This document shows, piece after piece, positions 39,051 through 55,870 of a DNA stretch of 64,000 nt. The stretch's first letter is position 1. Each line of letters begins with the position of its first letter. The notes under the pieces are model-generated. The model did no database searches. It worked only from the letters and a program-made list of their open reading frames with translations, and was not told where the DNA came from. The position numbers were made by a program, and so were the translations under genes. The stretch lies in assembly GCF_009914755.1 (NCBI RefSeq), contig NC_060928.1. One strand, given 5' to 3'. Source of the stretch: the human T2T-CHM13v2.0 reference genome, Homo sapiens.

Positions 39051-39459
39051 TAATTACACACAGATACTCCCCAGCGTGGATGTCCCGCAGGACAGTGGGA
39101 AGCCCGCTCAGGAGCGTGCATTCTGGGGCGCCACCCCATGCGTGCCCTGGAACCTCATCTGCTAAGTACCAGAGGCACTCTCTCAAGCAAAACTGCCTCA
39201 AACATACCTAAAAGCTCCCCAGAGGGTATCACCCTGTTGACCAGAAAAAGGGGAAGATGAAAAAAAACAACTGGAAGATCGTATTTAGGTTTGTCTTTCC
39301 CTTAGGCCTGGAATGCAGCATTTTGGGGCTAACGCTCTAGAGAATTATAAGGGTGAATAAGTCTATCTGCTTATTCCAGAAAGAGTCAAAGGGAAACTGA
39401 AGTGAGAGGGACAGAAGGCCAGGGCTGAAGATCAGAGGCAGGGCCCAGGGGCCCAGCAG

Positions 39460-39700
39460 TTTGGTAGTGTGGGGAAATTGAACTGAACTTTGAATTCTAG
39501 CCCTGTATCAAATGTAGCTCCCATGTAGCTGTATGATCTTGGAACAATCCTTTTAAACTGAGTCTTTCTTCACCTGTAGAAACAAGTACTTATTCCTAAT
39601 TTATAGGGTTGTTATGAGAATTAATATTAATGGGACAGTAGTGCATTAAAGTAACTGACATTGTGCCTGGGACTAAGGAGTACTCAGAAACTGCTAGTTT
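39460..39700 (+). mobile_element. MIR SINE
   Basis: tagctgtatgatcttggaacaa...tcacctgtagaaac...tagggttgttatgagaattaa...gtgcctgggactaaggagtactcag. Confidence 0.75.
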
Positions 39701-41772
39701 TCTCTGCTCCCCTCTTCTCATGCAGAGATTTCTAGTGATGGTGTTTGCATTTCAAGAGGAGGGATGTAAGAGTGATAACAAAGTGAAATGTTTAGTTCCT
39801 AAGTTTTAAGGTGGAAAACCTGATATACAGTACTTTATATACCCTGAAGCATCCTAAATTTTTTTGTTGAAATGAACCCTGTGCATTTCAGATTTAGATT
39901 TTGTATTTCACGACATTCGTGGGAGAAAAAGCGTTACTTCTTTAAATGACAAAAGAAATGCTTTCCTGTAGGAACTTCAAACAAGGGACATATAAATAAA
40001 TTTCAACATGAAATCTTCACCACCCCTAATCCAACTTCCTGAGAGTAACTAACTACTAATAGAATTTAAATTTAAGTACTTCTGCAGTCTTCCTCCAAGC
40101 CTTGGCAAACGCTGTTGTTTCCATCTGGAGTTTTTTTTGCAGTCTGTGTGAAACCTTCGCTCTCATCTGTGCTGGGGAAGCTATAGCCTCGTGTAGCCTA
40201 GCCTAGCCCACCTGACTCTACTCAGCGTAATTGCTTCAGCACGGCTTTTCTTTGTTTGTAAGGCTGTGATTGATGGATATCAATTTTTATTTCTCCTGTA
40301 AGGTTTTTGCATATTTTCTCTCTTTTTTTTTTTTCCGCAGTGGATCATGAGTTTATTGGCGTCAGTATCTTTTACTTTATTGTAAGGCCTGATAGTATCT
40401 TTTTTTTTCTCTATACCAAAGTTGCTCAAAATTGGAATATATTGACCAAAGCACTGAATTGTGATTATACATGAGTATTCTGTAGGCAGAACTGTGTCTG
40501 AAGAGAATAAATGAAAAACCTAGATTTTAAGAAACTAATAATTTTTTAAAAACTAAGAACTTAATCACAAAGAAGCTTATTTAAAGGAGAGGTATAGGTG
40601 CATGGAATTGTTGAATATTTAGGACTGCCAGCCTGCCTGTGTTCTCAGAGGTATACCATGAACAATTGTGTGCTGAGTCACAGTTTGTCTTATTTCAAAA
40701 CTTCATCAGTACTATCTGTTGTAACCACTTCTGTGTCTTGCAAATGATATGTCACCTCACTTTCATTCTGATTAATGAAACAAGGGATTTGTAGGAATAA
40801 ACAGTTCTTAAAATATTTGGAGATATAATCTGGTGGGCAGAGCATGGATACTTTTGCACATCATAAGTTTTCATTATAAAGACATTATCTTACTCACTTT
40901 AATAAACTTTGAAATGGGCATTGTAAATAAGGAGGGAAATAATTATGACAGTATCTTGAATTCACACATGCATATATTTTTATGCACTCAGGGCAGTGTA
41001 TGCATGTCTTTGATGTACAGCTAAAGCACTCTTTGGTGAGGTACATTCATTGTGCCTTTCCTTTCCTGTGAGTCACGGCCTACCTAAGAGAAAGCTTAGT
41101 AACACGCAAGGAAAATTCAAAACACATTGAGGCTCTTTAATGTACGTGATACTTCAGCTGAGATAACCTGTCATTTAAAAAATTTATTATCCAGAATTCT
41201 CCTAGTTAATGTCAGTTTCCTGTTTAGACACAGCTTTCCTGAAAGGCTGTAATCAATTCTTCATCCATCCTGAAGGAGAGAATTTCCAATGGAGAGAAGA
41301 CGTGTCTTCTTCCCTTATTTCCGACGCTCAGGAAGCCATATGACCTTTTCTTTATTGGATGAGACCTTGGCACTTGCTTAGGGAGGTCAGTGTTCGTTTT
41401 AGAGCTGCTCAGAGTGGGGTCGGCAGACAGGTCCACAAGGACATATATTTAGACATTGAGAGTAGGCATTGAAACACCAATAGCAGTTTGATATTTCACC
41501 AACATCCAAGCTCATGATCAGTGGACTCGTCTCATTGAGCTCATTCAGGTGTGGTGTGACCTGCAGAACAGTCACGCTCAGGACCTTGTTCACAACGTGT
41601 GGCGTTTTAAGGTTAGCTTCTATGATCCAGAAGTATGGAAACCATTGATTTCATCAATAGATGATGTACCATTAACTAACTTGACTGAAAAAAAATTTGG
41701 AATTGATTAAAGATGAATTTTGAAAATACAGTATCTCTGGCTTTATTTTGAGTAAAAGTTAAAAAATCCTGA

Positions 41773-42094
<322 letters not shown>

Positions 42095-42291
42095 TTAAAA
42101 TCTTCTTCCATTCTCCTTAACATACCTTTTGTGAGACTGGTTCCTCTACTGTAACTGTTATTAAAACAAAACATAAAAGCATTTTAGATACACATTATTC
42201 CCTGCGAATAGCATTGCCATCATCCAGTTTGTGTTAGTAAATTAACATGCAAGAAGCAAGCTCATTTGTCACTTTAAAAAACTTTATTGAT

Positions 42292-42600
<309 letters not shown>

Positions 42601-43057
42601 CTATTTTATTCCCAAAGTTCACTCTTTCAAATGCCATTGCTCCTGTGTGCCAACTTTGATTTTCAAAGCTCACCATTACCTTGGAGATAACGTTGTGCCT
42701 AATTTCAGGATGATTGTTTTGAAATGCATTTTCGAATTTTTTCCAGCCTTGCACTTGTAGCATCCGTTGCTACATTTCATCAGCTCTGATTAAGAATGCT
42801 CATCTTTTAATAGCCTGCTAATGAAAATAAAAAATTTGTAAAGTAAAATAAAAAATATTTTATTAAATGAATGATTTTAAAAATGCAGGCCATTAATAAA
42901 ATCTATCGAAAGAGTCAGCTCCTTGCTACATACGGAATAGAAGACTGTTTTCAGATTTTGGACTTGTAAAAGCTATCGGTAGCTAACCAGGTAATTTGGA
43001 TGTTTAAGTGATTTGTAATAATCTTAATCATTTGGTGACTTGGAACCAAGGGTGGCA

Positions 43058-43490
43058 TGTTATTCCCTACGGCTGCCATAGCAAAGTAGCACACACTGGG
43101 TGGCTAACAACCCCTGAAGTGTATTCTCTCACAGTTCTGGAGCCCGAAGGCTGAAATCAACGTGTTGGATGTAGGGGAGATTCCTTCCCTGTCCCTTCCA
43201 GCTTCCGGTGACTCCAAGTCCTCCTTCGTCTGTGGCTGCATCTCTCCAGTGTCTGCCTCTGTCTTCACAAAGCTTTTTCATCTTCTCTGTGTTCCCCCAT
43301 CTTCTGTCTCTATGAAAACACCTGTTGTTGGATTGAGGGCTCACCCGAGTAATCCAGGATGATCTTCTCATCTCGAGTTCCTTAACTTCATCATATCTGC
43401 AAAGACCCTTTCCTAAGTAAAGCCACATTCACAGGTGCTGGGGGTTAGGACTTAGATGTACGCTTTTAGGGGCCACCACTCAGCGACTAC
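43058..43490 (-). mobile_element. MLT1-type (ERVL-MaLR) solo LTR
   Basis: ggctgccatagcaaagtagcacacactgggtggct, tctcacagttctggag, atctgcaaagaccctttcc, cacattcacaggtgctgggggttaggactt. Confidence 0.88.
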
Positions 43491-43720
43491 AGATGGTCAC
43501 AGATTTTTTTTTTTTCAGAATCACTATTTATTGAGTGTTGTTTATAATGTGCTCAAGTGGTTGCTGGAGAGAGAGGGACTGTGGTAAAATGAGAGTGACA
43601 CCTTTGGGTTGGACGGTCCCAGGCTTGATTTCAGGCTCTAGCGTTCTCCCAGCTCTGGGAGCTGGGATGTGCTTCTTAACTTCTCCGCGTCCCAGTTTCC
43701 TCATCTGCAAGATGACATAA

Positions 43721-44107
<387 letters not shown>

Positions 44108-45177
44108 AGTATTTTTATCATTTCTGAAATCAAGACGCCCGGGTTCCCTGATGTTGATTCATGGTATCTTTCGTGCCTCACGAATTTTTCCACAAAACTG
44201 CTAGGGCAAAAGAAACACCTAGTTGTTCTGGTTACTCATTAGTGAGACCCAAACGACTAAGCAGGTGTTTATGTCCTAGCAACTTCGTAGCAATATGAAA
44301 AGTGTTATTTTATTCTTAAATAAGCCCGGTTACTCCGGGGATGTGTGTACATGCTGAAAACTGCAGAACTTCTCAAACGTGGGAATTACCTGGGGCATGG
44401 CCACCCCTCTTCCTGCTCCACACTGATTTTTGCACAATCCTGCTTTTTATCTTGGCAACCACGAGAAAACCAGCTTCACAAAGATGTTGTCATCAAAGGG
44501 AACACAGCACGGTCTAATTTGAAACTCGAAGATAAGCCAAGTTGATTGATCACTTGATGTTTGACAGAGGTCAAGTATTATTTTCTAATTTGGTTGTATA
44601 AAATTTACCCCCTAATCAGCAGGATTTGAAAGCCTGACTTCCTTTTTCTTTAAAAACTTCCTGGTCCTAATTGTACTAAATATTTTATGTATGATAGTTT
44701 ATTCTAAACCTACTGTTTCTTCTACATTTGCAACCTCTTTATTTTACTATTTTAAAGTTTTATTTTACAATTACTGCATAAAATAATTGTCCAATAAATA
44801 TTTGTTGATGAATACCGTGTCAAATAAACCACTTTTCATTCAGGCTGCCACGAAAATGAAACATTCAGGAGAGACAAAGCTTGCTGTAACATGTGGTTTA
44901 GATCTGTGGTGTGGCCAACTGACCACTTTTTATGAAACAAGCTCAGATCTAGCTTCTTTTATGTGCACCAAAGATAAGGATGATGAAGTTAGTAAAAACA
45001 CATTAGGTCATATTTAGTTTATCTTTTCAAGAACCAAATCAGTTACTCCTAAGATGAGTAGACTGAATTATGGATTCCATGTGCTGATGGAGCCTTTGAG
45101 TCGTATGTATTTGTTCATAATATTCATTCTTACTCATCCTTTTGGTTCTCCTACTCTTCAGTTCTTTCATTCATTCA

Positions 45178-45501
<324 letters not shown>

Positions 45502-47510
45502 TCATGCATGGGGTGGGGGTTGTATACCTAATAAGTATACTGGGGGTATGGCGATAGACAACATGGATACCATGTTATGTGCTTAAAGTACTTAACACGT
45601 GCCTGGCACACAGTCATTAGCAATTGGTAGATGGAGCTAATGTTCATATTATTAAGTTTATGTGTTGTGCCTTACAAAGCTCCACTAGAAGAAACACAGA
45701 GATGACGTATAAATCAATATGTTGTGAATATTTTATTGTACACTTTGGTTATAGAGAATCTGAGATTCTCTAGGATGACAGACAATAATGATTCTCTTAT
45801 TGACATTTATCACTTCATCATGCCTGGCAACCTACGACTCCTCTTTAGCTATTAGAGGGCACATGTGTTGAAGGGTCTGTCCTCAACCCATTAAAAAGTA
45901 TGGATGGTCCTCAGGGGTATTTAGTACCTCAGAAGGATTTAAAACTCTCAAGGATTAGTAAGTAATTAGCCTTCATGCCTGATGTGTAAACAGCAAAGGC
46001 ATCTTTGATTTTGGCTCAATCAATGTAATTTTAATGTTAACAGCTCTGAGATCAGCAGCCAACAGTTAAATAAACTTTGACACTGAGAGCAGACATTTCA
46101 GCAGAGGTACAATCCAATTTACTGTTGATTGATCAACCAGCTTATTTCCTTTGACTTTAGACATTTGTAAATTATCTTACAAATTTGTAAATTATCTTAC
46201 ACATTTGCATTATATATATATATATGTGCCAGGCTTCTAGGTTTTTTTTTTTTTTTTTAGACAAAACCAAGGTTAAAAAAAACAAAAACAAAACTTGGAT
46301 GAACACTCATGACTCACCACATGGGACCAGACTTCTGGTTGTTGGATCTGGGTTTCATCTGGTACTGAGGGATCACTAAGAGGCTTCTGATTCTCCTGAG
46401 CTCATCCCCATTTCATTTTCATAATCTGTATACAAAAACCTGTAGTCCTCCAGCTCTTCCTTAATTATATTCTTCCTTTTCTTAAAAAAAAAGTCATTCC
46501 ATATTGCATAATTTATATTTGTAAACTGACTTTTTAGGCACTCCAAAAAGAGATAGAAGAGCTCTTGTTTGTAAAATATGGGCTAACTACTGTTTCAGCT
46601 TGAGAAAACAAATGGCAGACAGGAACTGCAAATCTGGTATAGGGTCCTAGGAGAATGGAGGCAGGCCATATTTATAAAGATTTTCTATATCATGTGCTTT
46701 AAAAAAAAACTTTTTTAATGGTTTGAAACCAATTCTTACGGCTCTGAAATAAGAAGTCTTTATTACTGTCTTGTCAGATGTTTTCATTTTGTAAAGTAAA
46801 TAGCTTTTGATTTTGTATTGCTACATAATCATTTCTTATCAGTTCATCTAATTGCTGGGGCTTTGAATTCCAACTCTGGCAGTGGTGAGTTTCAACTTTT
46901 CTGGAAGACTGTTTGAATCTGGGATACAGTCAGCTTTCAGAATGGCAATAGAAAAGAAACCTTGAGATTCCTAACTTTAAAAGATTTATTAATTCAGATA
47001 AAAGTTTAGGCTGGAAGAGAACACTGACATAATTAAATATATTTAGTCATTTAATTCTCATTAATTTTGGGGATAGGATATTATGGGACAGTGACCGTGT
47101 GTTTGCAACTTGGCAATCCAGGAATACTCTCTTCTGGTAGCTAGTTGCCCAGTGAATAAACTTAACTAAAGCAGAGAATTATTTGTTAAAAATCTAAAAT
47201 ACTTTATTTTAACAGAAAACACCTTTTTCATGTAGAGGCAAGGACTATGAATTTGCATAGTTTTTCTAGAATAAATCATACCTATTATGTATCCAGATGT
47301 ATGATTTCCAGTTTCATTTTCCACAGAGAAACAAAAATGAGTTAATTCTTGAAGCTGAGTGATAGGTATGTGGAGGTTTTAGGATACTGTTCTGCTAACT
47401 GTTGAATGTATTTGGAACTTTCCATTTTAAAATGTTTTTTAAATAAAATATAGAGAAATAAAGTGATCAAGAATTTCAAACGTACGAGAAGAAATAGAAG
47501 TGCAGAATCA

Positions 47511-48038
<528 letters not shown>

Positions 48039-48337
48039 TCACAGAGTAGCTGACAATATAAGTCAGGGTAAAATAGTAGTTACTTATCTGTTCATCCCTT
48101 TTGCTAAGTGAGTGTCTTGGCCCTGCGGGGCTTAATTAAAGCCAGGGCTGCCCTACTCCTCCATGTCCTGGGAAACATGTCTTACTTTTAGCACCACTGC
48201 TTAACTGGAATAGTTCACGTGGTGCTGATATGTGAGTCTTCCAGACTCAGGTGCATAATACACTCAAATACTACATTAAGACCCTGTCATTACTCATCAG
48301 ATATTTACTGAGCATGCATTTAAAATATATGGGTGAG

Positions 48338-48652
<315 letters not shown>

Positions 48653-50084
48653 TTAAGTATAAATTCTTTATTTGCCTTTGAGCACCTCAATATGACAACT
48701 AGTAAAGAATGTTTGGATAATTTATTTATTTGGCAAATATGAGGCTTCTGTATTATAAGCCTATCTTTTACTCATTCAACAAATTTTATCTAATGTCTAC
48801 CATGTCTAGGGCACATCAGCAAAAAAGACACAGCTTACAGAATGATACACAATATAACACCATTTATTGAAGTCTTTTATTATGCATGTAAAAATACCAA
48901 ATATTGTTGTGCATTCATTTATATATGTAAAAGTGTTTAAATGTACTGGGAGAATTGATGGTCAAGTTCAAAAGAGTGCCTCTGGGTATGGAGTCTGTGA
49001 GTGTATCACCTTACCTTCAAGGTTTCATTCTTTTCTGTAGGAAAGATTAGGACAAAATTTCATCAATTGTCAGTTTTAGGTGGTGGCAAGGCAGGTATGT
49101 ATTTTACACATCTTTGAGCTCTTTGGTATTTTAAAAATTTCTCCAAAAAGGGAACGTAGGAGAATTTCAGTTGCAGAATTCGGGGGTTGGAAGTGGAAGA
49201 GACACAGGAAAAATCTGATTTTAACATGAGGGTACACAGCGGAGAGAGAGAGGGTCGTGACAGTATACCCATTCCTTGGTGAGAGAGCAAAAGCAAAGTG
49301 ACTTAATTGATTATTTATTGATTAGAATGATTTAATGAGCTTTCTAATCATAAGTAATTTTGTTTTTAGATTTTATAGATCATTTCTAGATTGCATCTGT
49401 ATTTTGAGCAAAAGTTAGTTGTGCTCAAGATGGTTTTGCTGGGTACAGGTTACTATGAATGCCTGTAGGCCTGCATTTAAAAATTAGGAACCCGTAGCAG
49501 TTCTACGCAGAAAAAGAAAAAGTTCTGTGAAAACAAAGCAGGTTCCATTTGTTGAGGGATTACGAATGTTGCAAAGGGCTGAGGAAATCCGTTTACCGTG
49601 GGTACAGCAAAGTTGTTTCCCATCGTTGAGCACACCACGAAAGAAGACTGATTCAGGTTCTAAGACGCTGGGAAATGCTCTCTTGTCCTCAGTCGGTGTG
49701 TTCTTTTACCTTCAGTTTGTTTTGCTGGGATACATCATTTCCTCTCTCCTTGCGAAGGGCTGTAGCCATCGTATCCTCCTTTAGAATATATTTCTTTAAG
49801 CTCTTTAGAAAACTTCAGTCATGAAATGCTTAATGTTCTAAATCTGAATAAAACCATTGTGAATGTAGTCCGTAGCTCCCTTGGGACTACAGTTTCTAAA
49901 GGGAACAATTTAACATATTTTCTATGTCAATGGGCACACAGGGTAAATGATTTTGGAAAGAAAGCAATAATGTTTCCTAGGTCTAACAGGTCTTGTTCTA
50001 AAACAAATAAATACGAGACGTCGGCTGAATTCAGGGTCACACTTTTTAATTCAGATGACCTCTCAGTGTTTAATAAAATGGCAG

Positions 50085-50285
50085 GATAGCATCATGGTTA
50101 AAATGATGGGCTTTCTAGGAAGACTGACTTCATTTCAAGCGTTTATTTGCTGTGCGACTTCGGGCAAATTACATGCCTTTTCTTAGTCTCAGTTTCCTCA
50201 CTCGCACAGTGACTGTTGTCAGGAGGATTAAATGAGCTTATGTCTGTGACAAGAGCTAAGCACACAGCAAGAACTTAATAATAAG
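50085..50285 (+). mobile_element. MIR SINE
   Basis: tagcatcatggttaa...gctgtgcgacttcgggcaaattac...tctcagtttcctcac...gaggattaaatgag. Confidence 0.8.
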
Positions 50286-50287
50286 TA

Positions 50288-51257
50288 CAGTCATGCCTCG
50301 TTGTCCATGAGGAGGGGGGGTTGGGCCTATGACCCCATGGATACCAAAATCTGAGGATGCTCAAGTTCCTAGTATAAAATGTCCTCCATATCTGTGGGTT
50401 CTGCATCCTTGGACTCAGCTAACTGTGGATCAAAAATATTTGGAAAAAAAGGCGTTCGTGCTGAACACATATGGACTTTTTTTCTTGTTGTTATTCCCTA
50501 AATAATGTAACAACTATTTACATAGTTGTGGTTTTTTCTTTTTTTTGTGATGGAGTCTCGCTCTGTCGCACAGGCTAGACTGCAGTGGTATGATCTCAAC
50601 TCACTGCAACCTCCGCCTCCCAGGTTCAAGCAATTCTCCTGCTTCACCCTCCTGAGTAGCTGGGATTACAGGTGCGTGCCACCACATCCAGCTAATTTTT
50701 GCATTTTTAGTAGAGTTGGGGGTTTCACCATGTTGGTCAGGCTGGTCTCGAACTCCTGACCTTGTGATCCACCCCCTCCTTGGCCTCCCAGAGTGCTGGG
50801 ATTACAGGTGTGAGCCACTGTGCCCTGCCTACAACTATTTACATAGTATTTACATTGTATTATGTCTTGTAAGTAATCTAAAGATGATTTAAAATATATG
50901 TAGGATGTGGGTAAGTTCTATGCAAACACCACACCACTTTACATCAAAGGTCTGGACCATCCGTGGATTTCGGTATCCTGGTGGGGGGGGGCAAGGGGGC
51001 TCCTGGAACCAGCTCCCTAAGACAGCAAGAAATAACTGTATTTGCAGTGAACTCTTGCACATCCTCCTGTATACTTTAAATTAATTCTACATGTGCTTAT
51101 AATACCTCATACAGTGTAAATGCTCTGTGAGTAGTCATTATACTGTATTTTTAAAATTTCTATTATTTTTTGCTTAATCGTTAGTTTTGATTATTTTTTT
51201 CCGCATAGTTTTGATCGTTGGTTGGCTGGATATGGAGCTCGCAGAGGGCTGAGTGTA
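50288..51257. mobile_element. Outer MER2-family (TcMar-Tigger) element split by an oppositely oriented MER2 copy (~50383-51038)
   Basis: Outer 5' part TA-cagtcatgcctcg...ggataccaaaatctgaggatgctcaagttcctagtataaaatg resumes at 51041 tttgca...gcacatcctcctgtatactttaaat; the inner part reads as the reverse complement of the same family (ggatttcggtatcc, tcctggaacc, ends ctg-TA). Confidence 0.8.
50527..50830 (-). mobile_element. AluS-type SINE nested in the inner MER2
   Basis: Perfect 17-bp TSD acaactatttacatagt at 50510-50526 and 50831-50847. Confidence 0.95.
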
Positions 51258-51835
51258 ATATTTCGTTGTTGGCCTTGGCATTCTCTGCTTTATTAGCCAT
51301 CTAGTTTGTGGGGTGGGGCTGTCCTTTGCTTCTCAGGCAATACACATCTCAAAATATGCCCTGTTGCATTGGCCCTTTGGTTCTACACAGAACTCCACTT
51401 TTCCACTAGCTATATACATTATTTAATTTCTTTGTGCTTCTGTTTCCCTAGCTGGAAAAAGCAAATCATAGTAGCACTACATCATTGCCTTGCTGGGAGG
51501 ATTAACTAAAGTAATGGTTGCCTTATTGCTCAGTCCTCAATAAATGTTCACTCTGTGTTTTGTGTTCCAGAGGCTGTTTCCTCTGCCTGGAACACACCTC
51601 CCCTTCCTCCTTCCTGAAGACTCCTTCCTTGTCATCTTCTCTGTTGTGTTTGTCAGGGTTCTCCCAAGCAGAGTGGAACGGTGCCTCCTCTGTGTCTCAA
51701 TACAATTTTGTACATACTAATATTACTGCAGTTAGCATGTGTTAGAACCAGTTGGCTTTTTGCTTGATGCTGTGCTATCCTAAGTTGTTACAACAAGGCT
51801 CCATGGTAGCAAACTTACATTTAAGAGTAAGTAGA

Positions 51836-52190
<355 letters not shown>

Positions 52191-52327
52191 TTATTTCCTT
52201 TCAAAAAGAAGAAGCCAATAGAGAATCAATTTTTAGGTTGCGCATTTATTATTTGTCCTTAAACTGATACATAGCATCTTAAAATTGGCAGGTGGAGTGT
52301 TTTCCAATAGCTCCATATTTCTATTAG

Positions 52328-52750
<423 letters not shown>

Positions 52751-53326
52751 TAAAATCGCAATAATGAGACCTCACTTACCAGGTTGCTATTATGATTAAG
52801 TGAGAGAACATGTAAAGTATTGTCTCTGATACTTAGAGGGTGCTCGGCAAATCTTAGTTCTTTCTTTCTCTTGGCTGTAATCTATCCATTGCTGAAACAA
52901 AGATGCTAATTCCTGGAGACTATAAGAAAAATAATAAGTGATATCCACTAAGCAGAGGTCCACACAGTAGTGGCATTAATAGTTTTCATATTTTTTTTTT
53001 AGTCTTCTCATGGAGAAATTGAAGCTATTGGTATAATAGGTGGGGAAAGCAGTGTTCACAACCACTAATCAAACGAAGATTAGGCACTAAATGAAGAGGA
53101 AGAAACAATAAGAGAGGAGATCTCAGAAATGATCTCAAGTTGTAAACACTCAGGAGCCAAATTACAAAACAAATACACAGGCTAATTTTAAATCAATCAC
53201 TGTATTAATTCTTTAAACATGGAAATTCAAAGGTAGCAATTTTTCTCTTTTTGTCTTTGATTTTAAGAAACTGCCCTTAAAATAGTAATAGTTTGGATGT
53301 GTAATTTGCTGTACTTTCTTAATTTA

Positions 53327-53656
<330 letters not shown>

Positions 53657-54099
53657 TTAGATTTTTGCAAGATATTTTTATATTTTTAGATCATATTTTT
53701 TTGAGTGCTTGTTGTTTCAGGCTGGTGGTCTTATCCGTTTAGACATTTAGCCAAGTCATGCTTCCCATTTTTCTGCTTTGATGTGTGGATGCTCCATTCT
53801 CTCGGCATTTGTATCCCTCCTCTAGCAATGTCACCTCTTCCCCACTTTTCTCACAATGTCCCCCTGAGGTTTGAGGGTTCCTACTGACAGTTAACACCAT
53901 GAATTAAAAGTCATAAAGTTTTCATTTTAGGCATGTTCTTCTCACTATTGTACAGCATTTTTATTGATTTGCTAACTGCATTGGATTAATCTGCTAACTG
54001 CATTACACTCTTATTAAATTACATTGCTATTCCAGAGAAGGGACAGCTAAAGCTGAAATCCTTTAGTTTTTATTTCTCTTGGTAGATTAAGACACTTTG

Positions 54100-54380
54100 G
54101 TCATTCATTCATTGATTCATATATTCAGCACATGTTCACAGACGCTTATTGTGTGCCTGGGTGTGGTCTAGGTGTGGGGGATTATCCAAGGATATCGGGT
54201 AGTGAGCAAAGTTGAAATGGTCTCCGCCTTCATGGACCTACAGATTAGTGGGAGAGAGAGAGAGAGACAGACTCAGACTCAAACATGAAGGAAATAAAAC
54301 AGGCTGCTAGGAGGTTCAGAAGAAGGGGACCTGGCCTGGGCAGGATGCTCCTGGGGCAGGGAGTGTGAAGGCCAAGGGCA
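54100..54380 (-). mobile_element. L2 3' end
   Basis: tcattcattcattgattcatatattcagcacatgttcacagacgcttattgtgtgcctgg...gccttcatggacctacag. Confidence 0.75.
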
Positions 54381-54843
54381 GCAGAAAGTAATGGGGAGCC
54401 AGTGTGGCTGGAGCTCCTGGGCAGATCAGGAGAGACAGGATGGAAAGAAGAGACAGTGCCCCAGGAAGCCACTGGAAGGCTTAATGGGGGAAGTGGCATG
54501 GGCAGGCCGAGTTTGTCAAAGATCACTGTACCGAGGGGCTGGAATGACATGGAGCAGGATGGTTGGGCATGCAATAGCGCATGAGGCCGGGGAGCCCACA
54601 GAACTCACAGCCTGCTGGGGACTCCAGACAAGGAAAAGAGCAGCCTCGCTGCAGCCAGAGAACAGCTTGCAGAGAGCCTGCAGGGGGCTGATTTCAGGAG
54701 CTCACAGTTTTGTGGGAACGCAGGCTGGTAGGAGGGAGCAGCTGCCAAGAGATGGAGTTAGGGATGTTCACTGGGGTCAGAGCAGAAAGCCCCCACAACC
54801 CACGTCATGAAGTCCCTAGTTTGTTTAAGAAGGACAGTAGTGC

Positions 54844-55148
54844 GGCCGGGCGCGGTGGCTCACGCCTGTAATCCCAGCACTTTGGGAGGCCGAGGCGGGC
54901 GGATCACGAGGTCAGGAGATCGAGACCATCCTGGCTAACACGGTGAAACCCCGTCTCTACTAAAAATACAAAAAAATTAGCCGGGCGAGGTGGCGGGCGC
55001 CTGTAGTCCCAGCTACTCGGGAGGCTGAGGCAGGAGAATGGGTGAACCCGGGAGGTGGAGCTTGCAGTGAGCCGAGATCGCGCCACTGCACTCCAGCCTG
55101 GGCGACAGAGCGAGACTCCGTCTCAAAAAAAAAGAAAAAAAAAAAAAA
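54844..55148 (+). mobile_element. AluY, young and CpG-rich
   Basis: ggccgggcgcggtggctcacgcc...gagatcgagaccatcctggctaacacggtg; TSD gacagtagtgc on both sides. Confidence 0.97.
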
Positions 55149-55332
55149 GACAGTAGTGCAAAGGCTTTGCTCAGCAGTGACAGGATCACCTTGAGGCACT
55201 TTAGGAGCTCATTCTTCCTGCAGTGTGGAGAAAGGATTTGGGATGACAGAGGTGGGAAGAGGAGCAAGACTAGAGAGAGGAAGGGAAGTCCATGTTGCTG
55301 CCTGTTCATAGATATTTTCATCCATGATTTAG

Positions 55333-55551
<219 letters not shown>

Positions 55552-55566
55552 TAAAAGTAGGTGAGT

Positions 55567-55870
55567 GGTCGGGTGCGGTGGCTCACGCCTGTAATCCCAG
55601 CACTTTGGGAAGCCAAGGCAGGCAGATCACAAGGTCAGGAGTTCGAGACCAGCCTGGGCAACATGGTGAAACCCCCGTCTCTACTCAAAAAATACAAAAA
55701 AATTAGCTGGGCGTGGTGGTGCATGCCTGTAGTTCCAGCTACTCAGGAGGCTGAGGCAGGAGAATCTCTTGAACCCAGGAGACAGAAGGTTGCAGTGAGC
55801 CGAGATAGCACCACTGCACTCTGGCCTGGGTGACAGAGCAAGACTCTGTCTCTAAATAAATAAATAAAAA
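55567..55870 (+). mobile_element. AluS-type SINE
   Basis: Sense dimer; TSD-like aaaagt(a/g)ggtgag. Confidence 0.94.

Noticed and set aside
41396-41406. GTTTTAGAGCT (also at 60455), matching the start of the Cas9 repeat/sgRNA scaffold
   Set aside because: Only 11 nt match and the continuation differs; chance occurrence.
41224-41593. Adjacent minus-strand ORFs in complex non-repeat sequence as a possible processed pseudogene
   Set aside because: No recognisable protein family, poly(A) tail or TSD.
46162-46207. 20-bp tandem duplication (atttgtaaattatcttac twice); similar small ones near 53970-54004 and 62275-62315
   Set aside because: Ordinary slippage duplications with no sign of function.
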